The notes below the pieces were generated by a model that did no database searches, was not told where the DNA came from, and worked only from the letters and a program-made list of their open reading frames with translations. The translations under genes and the position numbers were made by a program. Of a stretch of 35,374 nucleotides of DNA, positions 34,590-35,374 are shown in pieces; within the stretch, counting starts at the first letter, position 1, and each line of letters opens with the position of its first letter. This DNA comes from a virus (Duplodnaviria > Caudoviricetes), in the IMG/VR virus record IMGVR_UViG_3300017963_000520, positions 1-35,374 of that record. The stretch is one strand, 5' to 3'.

Positions 34590-34853
34590 TTAAGTATATG
34601 TTAGGCTTGCTCGGTCGTCCCATACCTGGTTTTCCGCAGACAAGCGAATAGTACCGACTCCCGGAGAAGCCGGATTAGTGATTTTTTCGATTAGCCATCC
34701 AGCAGCATCATTAGCCGTTCCAGGTGCTGCAACACCTTTATATATTGTCAGACCGGCGGCATCTACTTCCCAATTAAGGATAAGTTGCCGGACCTCATCC
34801 CGTCCGTTTACTGACAAATATTTGTCGCCTGATTTTAATTGCATATATATCAA
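34590..34853 (-). CDS. Small virion-associated hypothetical protein
   Basis: YKGVAAPG...WLIEKI...WDDRASLTY pattern recalled from phage structural regions. Confidence 0.65.
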   Translation of the reverse strand: MIYMQLKSGDKYLSVNGRDEVRQLILNWEVDAAGLTIYKGVAAPGTANDAAGWLIEKITNPASPGVGTIRLSAENQVWDDRASLTYT

Positions 34854-34879
34854 TACCTTTCGTCCATAGATTTGCTCTA

Positions 34880-34956
34880 TTTATATCATAGTCATTAGTA
34901 ATATGTCAAATGGGCATGAAAAAAATCTTGACAGGTCTTTTTATTTCGGGTAAGAT
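34880..34956. promoter_or_regulatory. Back-to-back sigma70 promoters
   Basis: Plus strand: TTGACA 34928-34933, 17 nt, TAAGAT 34951-34956. Minus strand: TTGACA 34909-34904, 18 nt, TATAAA with TGn. Confidence 0.7.
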
Positions 34957-34989
34957 GGGTTTATTTTTAATCTATATGGAGGATAAAAA

Positions 34990-35374
34990 ATGTTAAAACC
35001 TGCTCACAAGAAAATTTTTATAGATTTCATGGCTTTGAAAAACGAAATACTGATGGAAATGCAACCGCTTCCGCTTTATGATACTCCCCTTGATTATTAT
35101 TTAGAGGATTTCCCCGATAATGCGCTGGAACTTTTTAAAAAAAATATCTTCGAACCCATTTCCGACAGCGATATTTGTCCAAGTTGCGCTGTGCATGAGA
35201 TTCGATGCGTGGCTTGCAACTATCAAAAAAAACATGGGGCCTGTGATGGCGGATATTATGACGATGATGGCTATAATAACTCGTCACATCCTGACAACCG
35301 ATACATACGAATCAGGAGAAATATAGGTGGGGGTCAACTCGGAACGAAAATAAAAGAGCATCATGAAGGTAAAA
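34990..35374 (+). CDS. Cys/His-rich hypothetical protein, truncated by the window edge
   Basis: GGAGG RBS; the frame is open to the end: MLKPAHKKIF...CPSCAVHEIRCVACNYQKKHGAC. Confidence 0.7.
   Translation, partial: MLKPAHKKIFIDFMALKNEILMEMQPLPLYDTPLDYYLEDFPDNALELFKKNIFEPISDSDICPSCAVHEIRCVACNYQKKHGACDGGYYDDDGYNNSSHPDNRYIRIRRNIGGGQLGTKIKEHHEGK

Noticed and set aside
35120-35326. 68-aa ORF from the track
   Set aside because: It is nested in another frame of the RBS-led ORF starting at 34990.

Overview
This is a 35 kb AT-rich segment of a tailed dsDNA phage or prophage, siphovirus-like: it has a tape measure and a G/GT-type chaperone frameshift, and no sheath gene is visible. The leftward replication/early arm (138-13681, minus strand) encodes a TOPRIM primase with a P-loop domain, a C5 cytosine MTase, a phage beta sliding clamp, a beta-class amino-MTase paired with an SNF2-like ATPase, a MazG-like protein, two pentapeptide-repeat genes, an SF2 helicase, a putative SSB and a Sak4-like ATPase. 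A divergent promoter region near 13.8 kb drives a short rightward block with an HTH protein, Cys4 proteins and a DnaQ-like exonuclease. The morphogenesis arm (15509-34853, minus strand) runs scaffold, P22-gp5-like capsid, neck, tail tube, chaperone, tape measure, tail tip, fibre and LRR adhesin. No integrase, terminase, portal, clear lysis gene, tRNA, CRISPR or RT is visible. The main leads are: (1) a promoter-driven ~150 nt intergenic RNA with five perfect helices in a multi-pseudoknot order plus an anti-SD loop; (2) a tail-tip gene apparently split around a small beta-sandwich ORF, where two consecutive ORFs end in the same GxISGTVxG strand, suggesting donor-strand polymerisation; (3) a phage clamp, with clamp-binding-like motifs in both MTases and the SNF2 ATPase; (4) a parS-like palindrome at the convergence point; (5) one ~60 aa module inserted into two neck proteins. 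All family calls come from motif recognition by eye, not database searches.
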